Assembly: GCA_010093605.1 (NCBI GenBank)
Contig: MU004185.1
Span: 22,534-86,533 of the forward strand
DNA: 64,000 nt
Direction of reading: 5' to 3'
Source: Lophium mytilinum
Taxonomy: Eukaryota
The notes beneath the pieces are model-generated. The model was not told where the DNA came from and did no database searches. It saw nothing but the letters and a program-made list of their open reading frames with translations. Both the position numbers and the translations under genes were made by a program. Of this stretch, positions 1 through 12,433 are shown one piece after another (the first letter of the stretch is position 1; each line of letters begins with the position of its first letter).

Positions 1-1379
1 TCTACTCTAAGGAACTATTATATAGTTACTTACTATATTATAATATTAGCTACTATATTATCTAAATAGAAAGAGTTAAGATATATAGTAAGTATACTAG
101 ACTTCTAATACTAATTAGATTATACTTACTATATATAGAGTATTTACTAATAGATTATTATACCTATAATATTAGCTTTATATAAACTATAGAGCTTATA
201 ATACTTACCTATTAGAGTCTATCTTATCTATAACTTTATCTATAATCTTGCTATTACCTTTACTATTTAAGGCTGTATTATCTACCCTACTGCCTTAATT
301 CTTTAGCATAACTTTATTAAGTAAACCCGGTAATTTATCTATAGTATCTTACTATTCTTATATATATATATCTTCTCTACTCTCTTTAACTCTATTATTT
401 AATACCTTATCTATATCTATATCTACTTCTATCTTATTCTTAAGTTAGGTAAATTCCTCTTCTATAACCTTAGTTACTAGTGTTAGGTAGAGAGATAATA
501 AGGCAGCGTACTACTCTATCTAAATCTAACCGTTATTATACGCTAGTTATATAAACTAACTTATATTAGCTAGCATTTTCTTCTTATCTATTTATTCTAT
601 AGTGTCTATTCTAGAGAGTACTTCTATAGCCTTATTTTATTATGCTAAGAATAATTCCGCTATAATCTCTTTATTAGTTATTTACGTAAGTATATAGAGT
701 AGTAATATAGTAATAAGAGCTAGTATTTAGTATTATATTATTAGTTCTAGTTATGCAGGAGTAGAAGCCGCTATAGTTTATTAAGCGCGTAAACTTGCGT
801 ATAGTATTATAGCTATCTATAGAGTATTCTAGAAGGTAAGAATAGTATATATACCTATATATATATATAGTATAGCTATAGGTTTAAGAAATACTTTATA
901 GAGATAGTATATAGCGGGTAAAACCTAGCCTAGAGCTCTATTATTATTATTTATAGCTTACTAAGATGTCTCTATACTAGAAGGTAGTAATAGAGAGGGT
1001 AATACCTCTCTAGTATCTAGAGGTAGTAGTAACGCAGGTATATAAGAAGATAATGTAGAAGATATAGATAATAGTAACTCTAATACTACCTCTTCTACTT
1101 CTTTATCTACTTAGGCTACTTCTTTATTTACTTTACTTTCTTTAGCTGCTTTTTCTTCTTCTTTAACTACTACTCCCTTAATAGTCTATATAATAGTATA
1201 CTTACTACTATTACTCTAATTTTACTCTATAGCTTCTATTAATTTTATATTACTTTAAATTTTAGGTATATATTAGGCCGCTCTTAACTTACTAGAGCGT
1301 ATACTACTGCTAGTAGACTACTAGGTATAAAAAAGTTATATTAATTAAGTAGGTTAAGAGGTTAGAGAAGTAAGAGAAT

Positions 1380-1590
1380 AAGTACTACTATAAGTAGCCT
1401 GCCCTAGAGTAGAATATTAGGTAGGTTTAGTAGATAGAGAAGAAGTAGTAGAATAGATACTACTATAGGTAGACTGCTATAGAGAAGTATATTATATAGG
1501 TTGCGTAGGTTAGATAGATAGAGAAGAAATAGTAGAATAGGTACTACTATAAGTAGACTACTGCGGAGAAGTATATTATATAAATTAAGT
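1380..1590. repeat. Short tandem duplication (84-bp period, plus a more diverged 75-bp-offset copy) within a RIP relic
   Basis: Motif tactactata recurs at 1383, 1458 and 1542. 1421-1504 and 1505-1588 are near-identical. Offsets are multiples of 3, consistent with a former coding repeat. Confidence 0.7.
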
Positions 1591-1864
1591 AGAGGTAGAA
1601 GGTAATAATTCTTCTATTAAGACGGGTTCTACTTAAGTTTATTAGAACCTAACTATAAATACTAGAAGATTATAAAAGATATACTAATTATAAGTTATAT
1701 AATAGTTTCCTCTAAAGGCTTTTAAGGTGCAATTAGTTATTAAAAGGGCGTGGGCGCAGGGCGGGTAGGATAAGGGGCCCTAATATTTATACTAGAAAGA
1801 CCTCTAGGGTTTTTAAAGATAATTAGAAATAGATCTAGAATAGAAGTAGAAGTAGGCTTACTAG

Positions 1865-2679
1865 NNNNNNNNNNNNNNNNNNNNNNNNNNNNNNNNNNNN
1901 NNNNNNNNNNNNNNNNNNNNNNNNNNNNNNNNNNNNNNNNNNNNNNNNNNNNNNNNNNNNNNNNNNNNNNNNNNNNNNNNNNNNNNNNNNNNNNNNNNNN
2001 NNNNNNNNNNNNNNNNNNNNNNNNNNNNNNNNNNNNNNNNNNNNNNNNNNNNNNNNNNNNNNNNNNNNNNNNNNNNNNNNNNNNNNNNNNNNNNNNNNNN
2101 NNNNNNNNNNNNNNNNNNNNNNNNNNNNNNNNNNNNNNNNNNNNNNNNNNNNNNNNNNNNNNNNNNNNNNNNNNNNNNNNNNNNNNNNNNNNNNNNNNNN
2201 NNNNNNNNNNNNNNNNNNNNNNNNNNNNNNNNNNNNNNNNNNNNNNNNNNNNNNNNNNNNNNNNNNNNNNNNNNNNNNNNNNNNNNNNNNNNNNNNNNNN
2301 NNNNNNNNNNNNNNNNNNNNNNNNNNNNNNNNNNNNNNNNNNNNNNNNNNNNNNNNNNNNNNNNNNNNNNNNNNNNNNNNNNNNNNNNNNNNNNNNNNNN
2401 NNNNNNNNNNNNNNNNNNNNNNNNNNNNNNNNNNNNNNNNNNNNNNNNNNNNNNNNNNNNNNNNNNNNNNNNNNNNNNNNNNNNNNNNNNNNNNNNNNNN
2501 NNNNNNNNNNNNNNNNNNNNNNNNNNNNNNNNNNNNNNNNNNNNNNNNNNNNNNNNNNNNNNNNNNNNNNNNNNNNNNNNNNNNNNNNNNNNNNNNNNNN
2601 NNNNNNNNNNNNNNNNNNNNNNNNNNNNNNNNNNNNNNNNNNNNNNNNNNNNNNNNNNNNNNNNNNNNNNNNNNNNNNN
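1865..2679. other. Assembly gap (N run)
   Basis: Run of n characters. Confidence 1.
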
Positions 2680-3049
2680 ATATATAATTCTTTATATATT
2701 TCTTCTATACTATATTATAGTAGTTATATATAGTAGTAGTTATACTAATTTTTAAGCGCGAGGCTATTCTTACGCTAAACCCTTTAAGTAATTTCTATTC
2801 TATGCCTATACACTCTATAGCCTCTCTATATCTACCTTAAGCTACTACTATAGCTTATAAATTAAATTAAAGTTAATAGAATACTATTATATTATATTTT
2901 AAGTATTATTCTTTATATATATACTCTATTTTATATTATAGTAGTTAAATGCAGCGGTGCAAGGTTATACTGCATGCAATTCTTAAAGATTAATTTTCTC
3001 TATATTAAACTTACTTCTCCCTATCTAACTCTAACCCTCTAGCCCCTAT

Positions 3050-6000
3050 AATAGAAAGCTAAATACTAGGCGCTATTAGTAAGTTAGGCTTATAAATTCC
3101 CCCCTTAGTAAACTTAGGCGTTTTTCTTAGCTTTCTCCGCGCACCTAATCTATTAGGCTTACTTAGTATACTATCTATAGTTTTACTACTATATAATTAA
3201 TACCCCTTTATACTTTAGCTATATTCTTTAACTATAGGTAGTATTTCTAATACTAAGTTTCTAATTAAGAAAGTAGTATTAGTAGCTTCTATTTCTCCCT
3301 ATCTTTAATACTTATTTAAAAGCTTATAGTATCTATAGTTTAATAGATTATAAGTAAACTAAAAATCTTTACTTATTATTCTACTTAGATACTAATTTAG
3401 TCTTTAAAACCCTATTATAACTACTAGTTATTACTATACTTAGCTAGAATTCTATTAATTTCTATCTAGATATTACTAAGTATATAGGTAGAGTATATAG
3501 CTTAGGCGCTTTATCTTTCTTTATATATATCTACTAGGGACTTATTAGTATTAAGGTACTACTAGTACTCTAGAAATTTAATATATTTAATTATATTAGC
3601 TAGCTCTTAGTTCTATAGGGTTTCTAATAATATCTAAAGAATAGGCTATATAGTAGGGTTAATAAAAGACGCCTTTAATACTTACTAGAATAAGTTAAAA
3701 AATAGTAGCTTTTTCTTATAGACTTTATTAACTCTAATAATTCTAAACTATATATAGATACTAGAGGCATCTTATATACTAGAGTATAGTACTTATTAGT
3801 AGAGCTAATCTAGTATATAGCTTTTAAATAAAAGTAGAGTTATAATAATAATATTTCTAGACTATTCTTATCTTAGACTATATTTTCTAACCTAAGGGCT
3901 AGAATATATAGTAATCTAAGAGTTAGATATCTATAGCTAGAGCTAATAGTTTTTAATATTATAACTAGCGCTACTTATATTATAATAGCTAATATATAGC
4001 TCTATTTTACCCTATTCTTTCTAGTTATTATTAAAGATATTCTAAAATTCTCTAACCTAGTTAGCTCTTAATAAGAAAGGAATAATAATTAGCGTATTTT
4101 CTAATACTAGTAGAATATAAGTAATAATCTCTTATAGCTTATATATATACTATAATAGATAATATAATTTACTACTACTACTTTCTAGGTACTAAAGCCC
4201 TTAAAAGTATCTTTATATAGATATCTTCTATTATAGGTTAGGCCGTTAGCTCTATAAATCTCTAGGCTTGCCCGGGACCTTATAACCTTAGTATAGTAGT
4301 TTTTAAATATAGCGTTTACCTAGTATATAACTAGTATTTCTATAGTTTTTCTAAGGCCCTATTTATCTCTATTAAACCCGCCTTATATATTACTATACTA
4401 AAGTAGTATCTAGATAATTACTAATACTTAGTAGTAGTAAAGATAGCGTTTTAAGCCTAGTAATAGGATTATCTCTAGATATATCTTAGAAGAGAGCTTA
4501 AATAACATGTATATCTTTATCTATAGCTTCTTTATTATATACTCTATAGTAGTAGCCTATATAGTTCTCTCTTAAACTACTTATCTTATATTAAACCTCT
4601 TAACCTCTATATATCTAATTTCTAGCTTACTAGATTTTATCTTAAAATATTATATAGTATATTATATATCTAAATACTAATTAGTATATTTAAATAGTAC
4701 TAATCTTTATTTATATAGTAGTTTCTAGCTTATACTTATTTTTTTTTAAATATAGGTAAAGTTATATACTCTTATATAAACTATACTACCTAGCTAAATA
4801 ATTCTCTTATTTCTTATATATTCTATAACTATTCTACCTAAACTATAGTAGAAACTATAGTTTAAAAGACTATAATAATATAACTAAACTAGACTAAACT
4901 AGATTTTTACTCTATCTATAGAAGTTATAGTAGAGCTCTAGATATTATATAATATCTAAATTAGATATAGTACTTCTAGGTAAGCTATCTTTTACTATAA
5001 GATCTAGTAGTATTATATAAGTGCCTCTATCTAGCTCTAGTCTAGTTAAAGTAGAGAGAGATTTAGTACTCTACTATATAATATCTTTAGGTAGATTAAA
5101 TAGCTATAGGTAAACTTTTTACCTTATTTACTATCTTAGGAAAGGGGCTTCTATTATTAGATAAGGGCGGGCTAGAGTTATAGTAACTATATACGTATTC
5201 TATAGTATAGTAAGCTTAATTTTTATTACTTATATACTTTATAGTATAATAAAGTTAATTAGTATTATAGTTATAACCTACTAAAAGGCTATTATTAGCT
5301 TAAGCTTCTTCTACTTTAATTACTCTATTAAGGGAGGCTAGTAGATTTTTAGCTGCTATAGTAATAGAGTTAATAGGTAGTAGAGATATAATAGAATAGG
5401 CTAAATAGAGTACTGCTAGAGGTATTAGTATAGAGGGGGCTTATATAGTTAGTATAGTTATAAAAGTATACTAAAGAGTCTATAGTATTTTAATCTTATT
5501 CTCTAAAATAGTAAGGCGCATATTATATTTATACTTATTCTTAGCTATCTAAGTAAGGTTAGCTATAAGGTATTTAGTAATCTTTTCTTACTCTATAGAC
5601 TACTTATTAGCTTAAATATAGTTCTTTTACTAGGCCTTAATATCTATATTAAGAAAAGTAATTATCTCTTTATAAGTATAAAGTTTATTTTTATATTCTT
5701 CTAGTTTAGTTTTAATATTAAGTAGGTGTTTAAGTTTCTTATATATAGCTTCTAACTTATTATTCTTCTTATTATATTTATCTTTAAGAACTTTAATCTT
5801 ATTTTAAAGGTTGCGCTGCACTTTCTAATTATTCTTATATATTTACTAGAGAATCTTAGTTATAGCTTAGTAACTTCTAAGAATATAAAAGAAGTAGATA
5901 GAATTAGCTTAGACTTATATAAGAAAGTTTTAAGAGTCTATAATCTTAATTAAGCTATTAAACTATTTATTACTAGGTAGAAGTAAATAGTCTAGAAATT

Positions 6001-6350
6001 TAGTAATATTATTAATAGTATTAAGAAATATACCCGGATTATAGCCCTAGCTAAAAGTATAGTACTTAATAATAGAGCTATAGACTATTAAATCTAGAGT
6101 ATATATAGAATTATTAATATTATTATCTTTAATAGTATCTTTATCTTAAGTAAGCTAATTCTCTTTCTCTTAAATAGGCTACTAGATATAGTCTATATAG
6201 ATTATCTAGATAGACTATTAAGTATCTATATAGATTATTTAGGTAGACTATTAAATATCTCTCTTAGTTAGCTTTTAAAGAGGCGCGCTCTTTAAAGTCT
6301 TATAAAAAGATTTAGAGAGCGCGCGGGACTATATATAGAATAGTAGAAAG
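3050..6350 (-). pseudogene. RIP-destroyed gene relic(s), partly coiled-coil-like, family unknown
   Basis: Minus-strand frames read as protein interrupted only by TAA/TAG (expected from CAA/CAG/TGG), e.g. KVQRNL*NKIKVLKDKYNKKNNKLEAIYKKLKHLLNIKTKLEEYKNKL near 5690-5820. Boundaries approximate. Confidence 0.5.
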
Positions 6351-7343
6351 TAGCTAAATAGTTATAAACTACTATATCTAGAGCGTTTAGGTTCTTTATT
6401 AGTAGAGGCTTTAGTATCTAGTAGAGGCGGTAAATTATTTATTATAAAGAGTATAGTAATAGTATTTAGTAAGGTAAGATAGTATAGCTATATACTCTTT
6501 AGTATTATATATATAGTTATATAGATATACTTACTAAGCTATTAAATAGCTTAGTAAATAGAAATTAAGGTTTAAAATATAAAGGTTAAAGTAGTAATAG
6601 TATAAAGAATTAGTACTAGTTAAAGTATTAGATATAACCTAATATTATAGTTATAGTATAGAGGAGCTTAGTATATAAGGTAACTAGATTAAATTTAAAA
6701 GGTTATATAAGAAATAGAAAGAAAGGCTTCTAGAAAAAAACTATATATATAGAGGAGAAAAGTATATAGGCGCTAGGCGGGCTAGTATATAGATAGCGCT
6801 AGGTAATATAATAGATATAGAAATAGAAGGCTAGTAATAGATAAATATATAACTAGAGAATAGAGTATAATCTATTATAATTATATATATTAAAAATATA
6901 TTATAATAGAAGTTATATTATAGCTATAATAAATATTACTTAAAACTTCTTTTATAAATAGCTTTTAAGCTAGTACTATATAGTTCTAGCTTTAGAATAT
7001 TCTTATTAAAGGTACTAGATACTTACTATTCTAGATACTACTAGAATCTACTTTATAATTATTAGTAAGTATACTATATAACTTATCTTCTATATTTTTC
7101 TTATCTAGCTTCTATTATAATATAGCTACTATTATCTATACTTTTACCTACTAGACTAGTATATAAATTTATAGTAGTCTAAGTATTAGTATCTAATATT
7201 AAGGTAAATAGCTTATCTAGTAAGAAAGGAAATAAATATTCTTACGGGGTAGGTAATAATAGTTAATTTACTTAACTACTTCTATAGTCTATACTACTCT
7301 TAGAGTTATCTTAAGCTAGATAACCCTTATTAGTATTTTAATA

Positions 7344-7811
7344 TCTAATCTATATTAACTTCTTATTATAGCTATACTATAAGGTAGCTATAGATTTTAA
7401 TCTTATAGTATTTAGAAAGCGTTTATAAAAGGCCTTATAGACCTTATTCTAGGCGGGCGTTATACCTATTTCTCTTAGATTCTCTATACGCTTTTACTAA
7501 TACTCTAATAGAAACGCCTTCTTAGCTTCTTTCTAGAGCTTATATTAGGCGTAGTTCTTAATATTATAATAGTATACTTATACGCGCTAGGCTTTTATCT
7601 TACTAATCTTTAAACTATTATTCTAGTTAACTTTTCCTTTTACTCTAAAGTTAGTATTAATTTTACTAGTAACTTAGTACTTTTATATAATTATAAGATA
7701 GTCTTTATAGGGCTTATAAATCTTAAATATAAATAGGTAGTATATAACTTTCTTATTAAGAAGAGTTATACTATTATTATTAAAATTAGGCTCTAGTAGA
7801 ATATAGGTAAA
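7344..7811 (-). pseudogene. RIP-destroyed paralog of the Myb/SANT-like gene at 10515-12433 (conserved core; relic probably extends further)
   Basis: Translation FTYILLEPNF...YLIII*KY*VTSKIN...KVN*NNSLKISKIKA*RV*VY...YA*YKL*KEAKKAFLLEY**KR...A*NKVYKAFYKRFLNTIR...IR aligns colinearly with FPYIFLEPDL...RLVITRKHRVTGTIN...KVDWEDQKCISKMNTWRAQNY...YARY...EEKAFLRDYWRK...LWESVLVAFVKQFPKTTR...IR. Confidence 0.9.
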
Positions 7812-8549
7812 GTTATAGTCTATAATATTATTTACTTTTATCTTAACTATTCCCTCTCTATTCTTTCTATTCTTCTTACTTTAGCTTTAATAGTTAGAAT
7901 CTAATTTAGATAGTTCTCTACTATTTTTATCTACTTTATAATTATAGTAAATAAATTAAGTATCTAAGAAGGTATTTTAGACGCTATATATTAAATTATT
8001 TAGGCTAGATTTCTAGCTATAGTCTTAGTAGCTATTATAGTAGCTATTTTACTACGTTAGGCTATTAGTATTTTAAATACTACCTGTATTAATACTTTAA
8101 CTATCTAGCTTATTCTACGGGATAACTATATTATTTATAATTTTAGCACCTCTTTTAATAGTAAATATTATAGCCCTAGCCCTACTACTATTAGAGTATA
8201 GAGATCTAGACTTAACTAGAGATAGTAGCTTAATATAGTTACTAGCTCTAGGCGCGGATCTAGTTAAGGCTAGTATATCTAATATTATATTTTATAGTTA
8301 GGCTTATATACCTATCTTTATATTTAGCGGCTTAATAGCTAGAATACCTCTATAACTTACCTCTTAGGTACTATTCTAGAAAGTAGAGTATTTAGGTTAG
8401 CTTATTCTTTTATAGTCTCTACTATAGAACCTATATCTTTTCTATTAGTATATATAGGTTAGGTAGTTTTATTTATAGACTAAGTTATAGAGGAATTTAA
8501 AAAACTACTTTTTATTATAGTAGAGCTATTACTAATAGTTATATAGATA

Positions 8550-10390
8550 AGATATTATTTCCGGGATCTCTCTATATAATCTAGATATAGTTATCTCTTA
8601 ATTAAAAGAAAATATACTAGATAGGGCACTTCTTATAGTAGTATTACGTATTTAAGATAGAGTATAAATTAGGGTATAATAGTATATATAGCTATTTATA
8701 TTCTAAGGTATAATATTAAAGTTAATATAATAAAATCTAGACTTTTTCTTAACTACTTTACTACTTACTATCTAAGGCGCTTTTTATAGAGGTGTTAATT
8801 AACTAAATTAAAGCCTAGATTAGAGTATATTAGTCTATTTAGGCTTTTATACCCCGGAATAAGATCTTATAGTTAATATTATAGAATCTAGACTTCTTTT
8901 TAACTATCTAGCTACTTACTAGCTAGGGTACTTCTTATAGTAGCGTTAGATAATTAAAATAACTTCTAAGTTATAGTAAATAAATACTTTTAGCTATTCT
9001 ATCTCTTAAATATAATATAAATATTAATATAATAGAATCTAGACTATATCTTAATAGACTAGCTACTAGCTCTCTAGAATACTTCTTATAGTAGTATTAA
9101 GTAGATAGAATAGAGTATAGTTAGAGGTAGATTAATATACTAGAAAGTTAGTACTCTAGAATATAAAGTTAAGGTTAAAGCTATAGAATCTAGATAACCT
9201 TTTATATAACTAGGTACTAGCTATCTAGATTACTTTTTATAGTTATATAATATAGATATATATAGTAGTTTACCTATAAGATATATATATACTTAGAATT
9301 ATAACCTTATATTATACTAGATTAAGCTACTCTAAGTATTTAAAGTCTATAGTACTATAGAGAATCCTCTACTTATATTTAATAATTAAATTAAATACTA
9401 TTCTATATAAAATATAATAATAAAATATAAGTATAAGGTAATCTTTAAGAGTATTTAGGGTACCTTAAAAGGCTATTTATACTCTAGGTATAATTTAAAG
9501 ACTAGTATTATAGAAACTAAACTACCTTTTAATATAGCTAATACTTATAGATAGAGCTACTTCTAATAGTAGTATTAGGCGGGTAATACTAAAAAACTAG
9601 TAATATTATATTTATTTCTATCTACTAGACTATAGCTTTTATACTCTTAAAGATATAAATATTTAGATAATATATATTAAGTAACCTCTTAGCTATCTAG
9701 TATTCTACTAGCTATAGTGCTTCTAATAATAGTATTAAGTAACTAAAACTTAAGTAGAAGTAGTAAGGTATATTTACCTAGATACTTTTATACTCTAGAT
9801 ATAATTAGAAGTTTAGTATAGTAGATATTAGACTACTTTTTAATATAGCTACTATCTACTATATAGGGTCCTCTTTATAGTAGTATTAGACTAGTAAAAT
9901 TCTAATTCTAGTAATAGAGTTTTTAAGTCTAAATAATTTTATACTCTAGATATAATTTAAAGGTTAGTATAGTAGAAATTAGACTACCTTTTAATATAGC
10001 TACTATCTACTAGGTAGAGTTCTTCTTAAGGCGGTATCTAATAAGTAAGATTTAATCTAGAGTAGTAAGGTTTACCTACCTAGGTACTTTTATACTCTAG
10101 GTATAGTTTAAATACTAGCGTAGTAGAAATCTAACTACCTTTTAATATATCTATTAACTATAAGCTAGGGTACTCCTTATAGTAGCGTTAAATAAGTAAG
10201 ATCTAAGTAGAAGGTATAAGGTTTACCTATCTAGGTACTTTTACGCTCTAGATAAGATTTAAATGCTAGCGTAGTAGATTTTAGACTACCTTTTAGTATA
10301 GTAAAGACCTACTAGCTAAGGCGCTTCTTACGGCGGCATTAGACGAGCAAGATGTTAGCGGGAGTAGTAAGATCTATGTGTGTCTAGAGA
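8550..10390. repeat. Diverged tandem array, ~151-bp period, ~11-12 units
   Basis: Anchor actctag/gctctag at 9792, 9943, 10094 and 10245, and aatctaga at 8734, 8885, 9036 and 9187 (151-bp spacing). Each unit also carries a cttcttatagtagtatt / cttcttacggcggcatt motif. Confidence 0.9.
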
Positions 10391-10514
10391 TCTAAACTTA
10401 GACCGTATCCAGGCGGAACGTCTAAGTGTAATTAGTCTAAGCACATGAAGCGAAATATAGAGTATAGTAAGAATATTTATATCATCTTTAATTACGCAAA
10501 CTATTAACAAGTAT

Positions 10515-12433
10515 TTATAACTCCTCTTCTTCTACCTCATCCACCCTCTCCCCACCGATCTTCTGCTTCTTGGCAGGCCTTGTCTGCCTCGTCTTCCGAG
10601 CCCGGGCCCCGGGGCCAGCCACCACGTCCTCAACATCAGCCTCGGCGTCCTCGTTCTTCCGCTTCTTGCCACCACCCGTCGTCTCACCCTGTCTAATCCT
10701 TGTCACCTCTGCGTCCCTGCTACACCAGGATGATATGGACGGCTGCTTCCTCGTCGTTTTTGGGAACTGTTTCACAAATGCCACCAAAACGCTCTCCCAA
10801 AGCGCCTTTGTGCCTGCATCACCCCGCTTCTTCATCTCTTTGCGCCAATAATCGCGCAAGAAGGCCTTCTCTTCGTCGGCGAACTCCACTCGCGGTGCGT
10901 AGCGCGCGTAGCCTTCCACGCCTCGGCGGTAGTTCTGCGCCCTCCAAGTGTTCATCTTGGAGATGCACTTCTGGTCCTCCCAATCCACCTTGCTTGGGTA
11001 TAGGAGACTCTTGTTGATAGTACCGGTGACCCTGTGCTTGCGAGTGATGACTAGACGGTCGTCGGCTTGTTGCCCAAGCTCGTACTTGAACGCAATGTGG
11101 AGTCCATTGTTGTCAAGGAATGGTCTACCTTCGGCGTCTAGGTCTGGTTCGAGGAATATGTAGGGGAACTTCTTCTTGGTGGACACCTTCTCTTCCGCGG
11201 CGTTGATGGACGCATCGTCTTTGATCTCTCCTTCGCTGTCGTCTCGGTCCTCGCCCATCTCCGCGGCTGCTTCACTGACAACGGGCTGTTTCTGCTGAAC
11301 CTCGGCTTCTGCGAGTTTCGGCGCATCTCTCTTGCGATTTGCGCGTGGCTTCTCGGTCCGCTTTTTCTCGGTATTTCGAGCATATGGATGGTAAGGGAGA
11401 GGATTGGCAGCAGGACGGGCGGCCACTTTCCTAGTCCTGAGCTGTCGTCCTTCGACTTGCAGATCTTGGGTTGTTTGGGTTTGTGGTCCTAAGTGGGCTG
11501 GATCTGGTGCTTGGGAAGGTCCTTTCGCGGTGGCTGGGTTGTCGATGTCTACGGGATTCGCGGCGGTGCCATCGCCGGTAGCCTCTAGACGTGCCGCAGC
11601 TCTAGCTCGGGCAGCCTCAATCTTCGCAGCATGAGCGGCAAGCCTCGCTTGTTTCAACTCATCAATAGTCGCCTCCACGTTGTGCTGGCTGTATTGGAAG
11701 CCTGCGCCCATGCCCAGGAGCTTCATGGCTTCACCAATATCTGATTGCCCGTTCTTCGCGGCTGCCTTTGAGTCGAACGCTTTTCCCAACTCAACTTGCT
11801 TCGACTTGGGTATGATCAATCCGCCGACTGATTTGTATCCAGTGTGAAGTGCGGCGCGAATGCGGTGTTTCTTGGTGGGTTTCTCGCTGATGAGGTATGG
11901 AGTATCTTCGTAAGTGCCAGTAACGACTCCGTTGGCATCGACTATGACTCCTTCTCCGAGAACGGCGTCATCGAATTGGCCGGATACCGCAAGGATCAGC
12001 TTCGCTTCGTCCCATGCCTCGGTCGCGGAGAGAGGGCTTCCCAGAGAGATGATTCGCGTCTTCGAATACGGAATGAAGGTGACACCATCGAGAATATCTT
12101 CGATGTGGTCTGCTAGGACGAAGGTTGAAGTGCGTCCGTTATGGGTCGCTCGTAGGAAAGCCGGTGATGGATGAAGCAGCTCAGACGGATTCACTGAGGG
12201 CGGAGGCGGTTGAGGTGCGGGCATTCCCATCGCTGCTCCTGGCGCAGTCTAGTACGTGTCAGCAGTCTTCATTACGGTGGCAAGGGCCTCTTTCGACAGC
12301 TACTTACAACTTGTGCTCCGTTCGCAGCAGCGCGTGTCGACTTCGCAGTGTCCTCGTTGAGCTTTTGTTGCAAGTTCGTAGTCTTGGCAAGCCTGGACGC
12401 TCGTCTCTGAGCCGCTGTGCTAGGGAGTGCCAT
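10515..12433 (-). CDS. Basic/acidic nuclear-type protein with putative Myb/SANT-like helical domain; 2 exons (12433-12308, 12248-10515)
   Basis: ORF 571 aa extends 5' via GTAAGT...CTGAC...TAG intron 12307-12249 to ATG MALPST at 12433. C-terminal DWED..ISKMNTWR...F.DEEKAFL...W..V..AF...FP...R pattern is Myb/HTH-like. K/R-rich NLS-like stretches. Confidence 0.75.

Larger units (their letters stand above)
1..10500. repeat. RIP-degraded AT-rich block
   Basis: Extreme TpA excess with CpA/TpG almost absent. No ORF in the supplied track before 10515. Abrupt change to normal GC at ~10.3-10.5 kb. Confidence 0.95.

Noticed and set aside
2949..2982. Short TG/CA-retaining patch in the RIP block as a terminal inverted repeat
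   Set aside because: May be a junction that escaped RIP, but I found no matching partner end in the window.
8550..10390. 151-bp array as a CRISPR array or as simple WD40/ankyrin/BTRD1 coding repeats
   Set aside because: Eukaryotic context, and whole units are homologous (no repeat-spacer structure). The period is not a multiple of 3, and no single frame gave a convincing repeat-protein consensus.
1..10500. Named transposon or Starship captain (DUF3435) in the AT-rich block
   Set aside because: No RT, integrase, DDE or tyrosine-recombinase motifs were recognisable in the frames I read. This cannot be excluded without deRIP and HMM searches.
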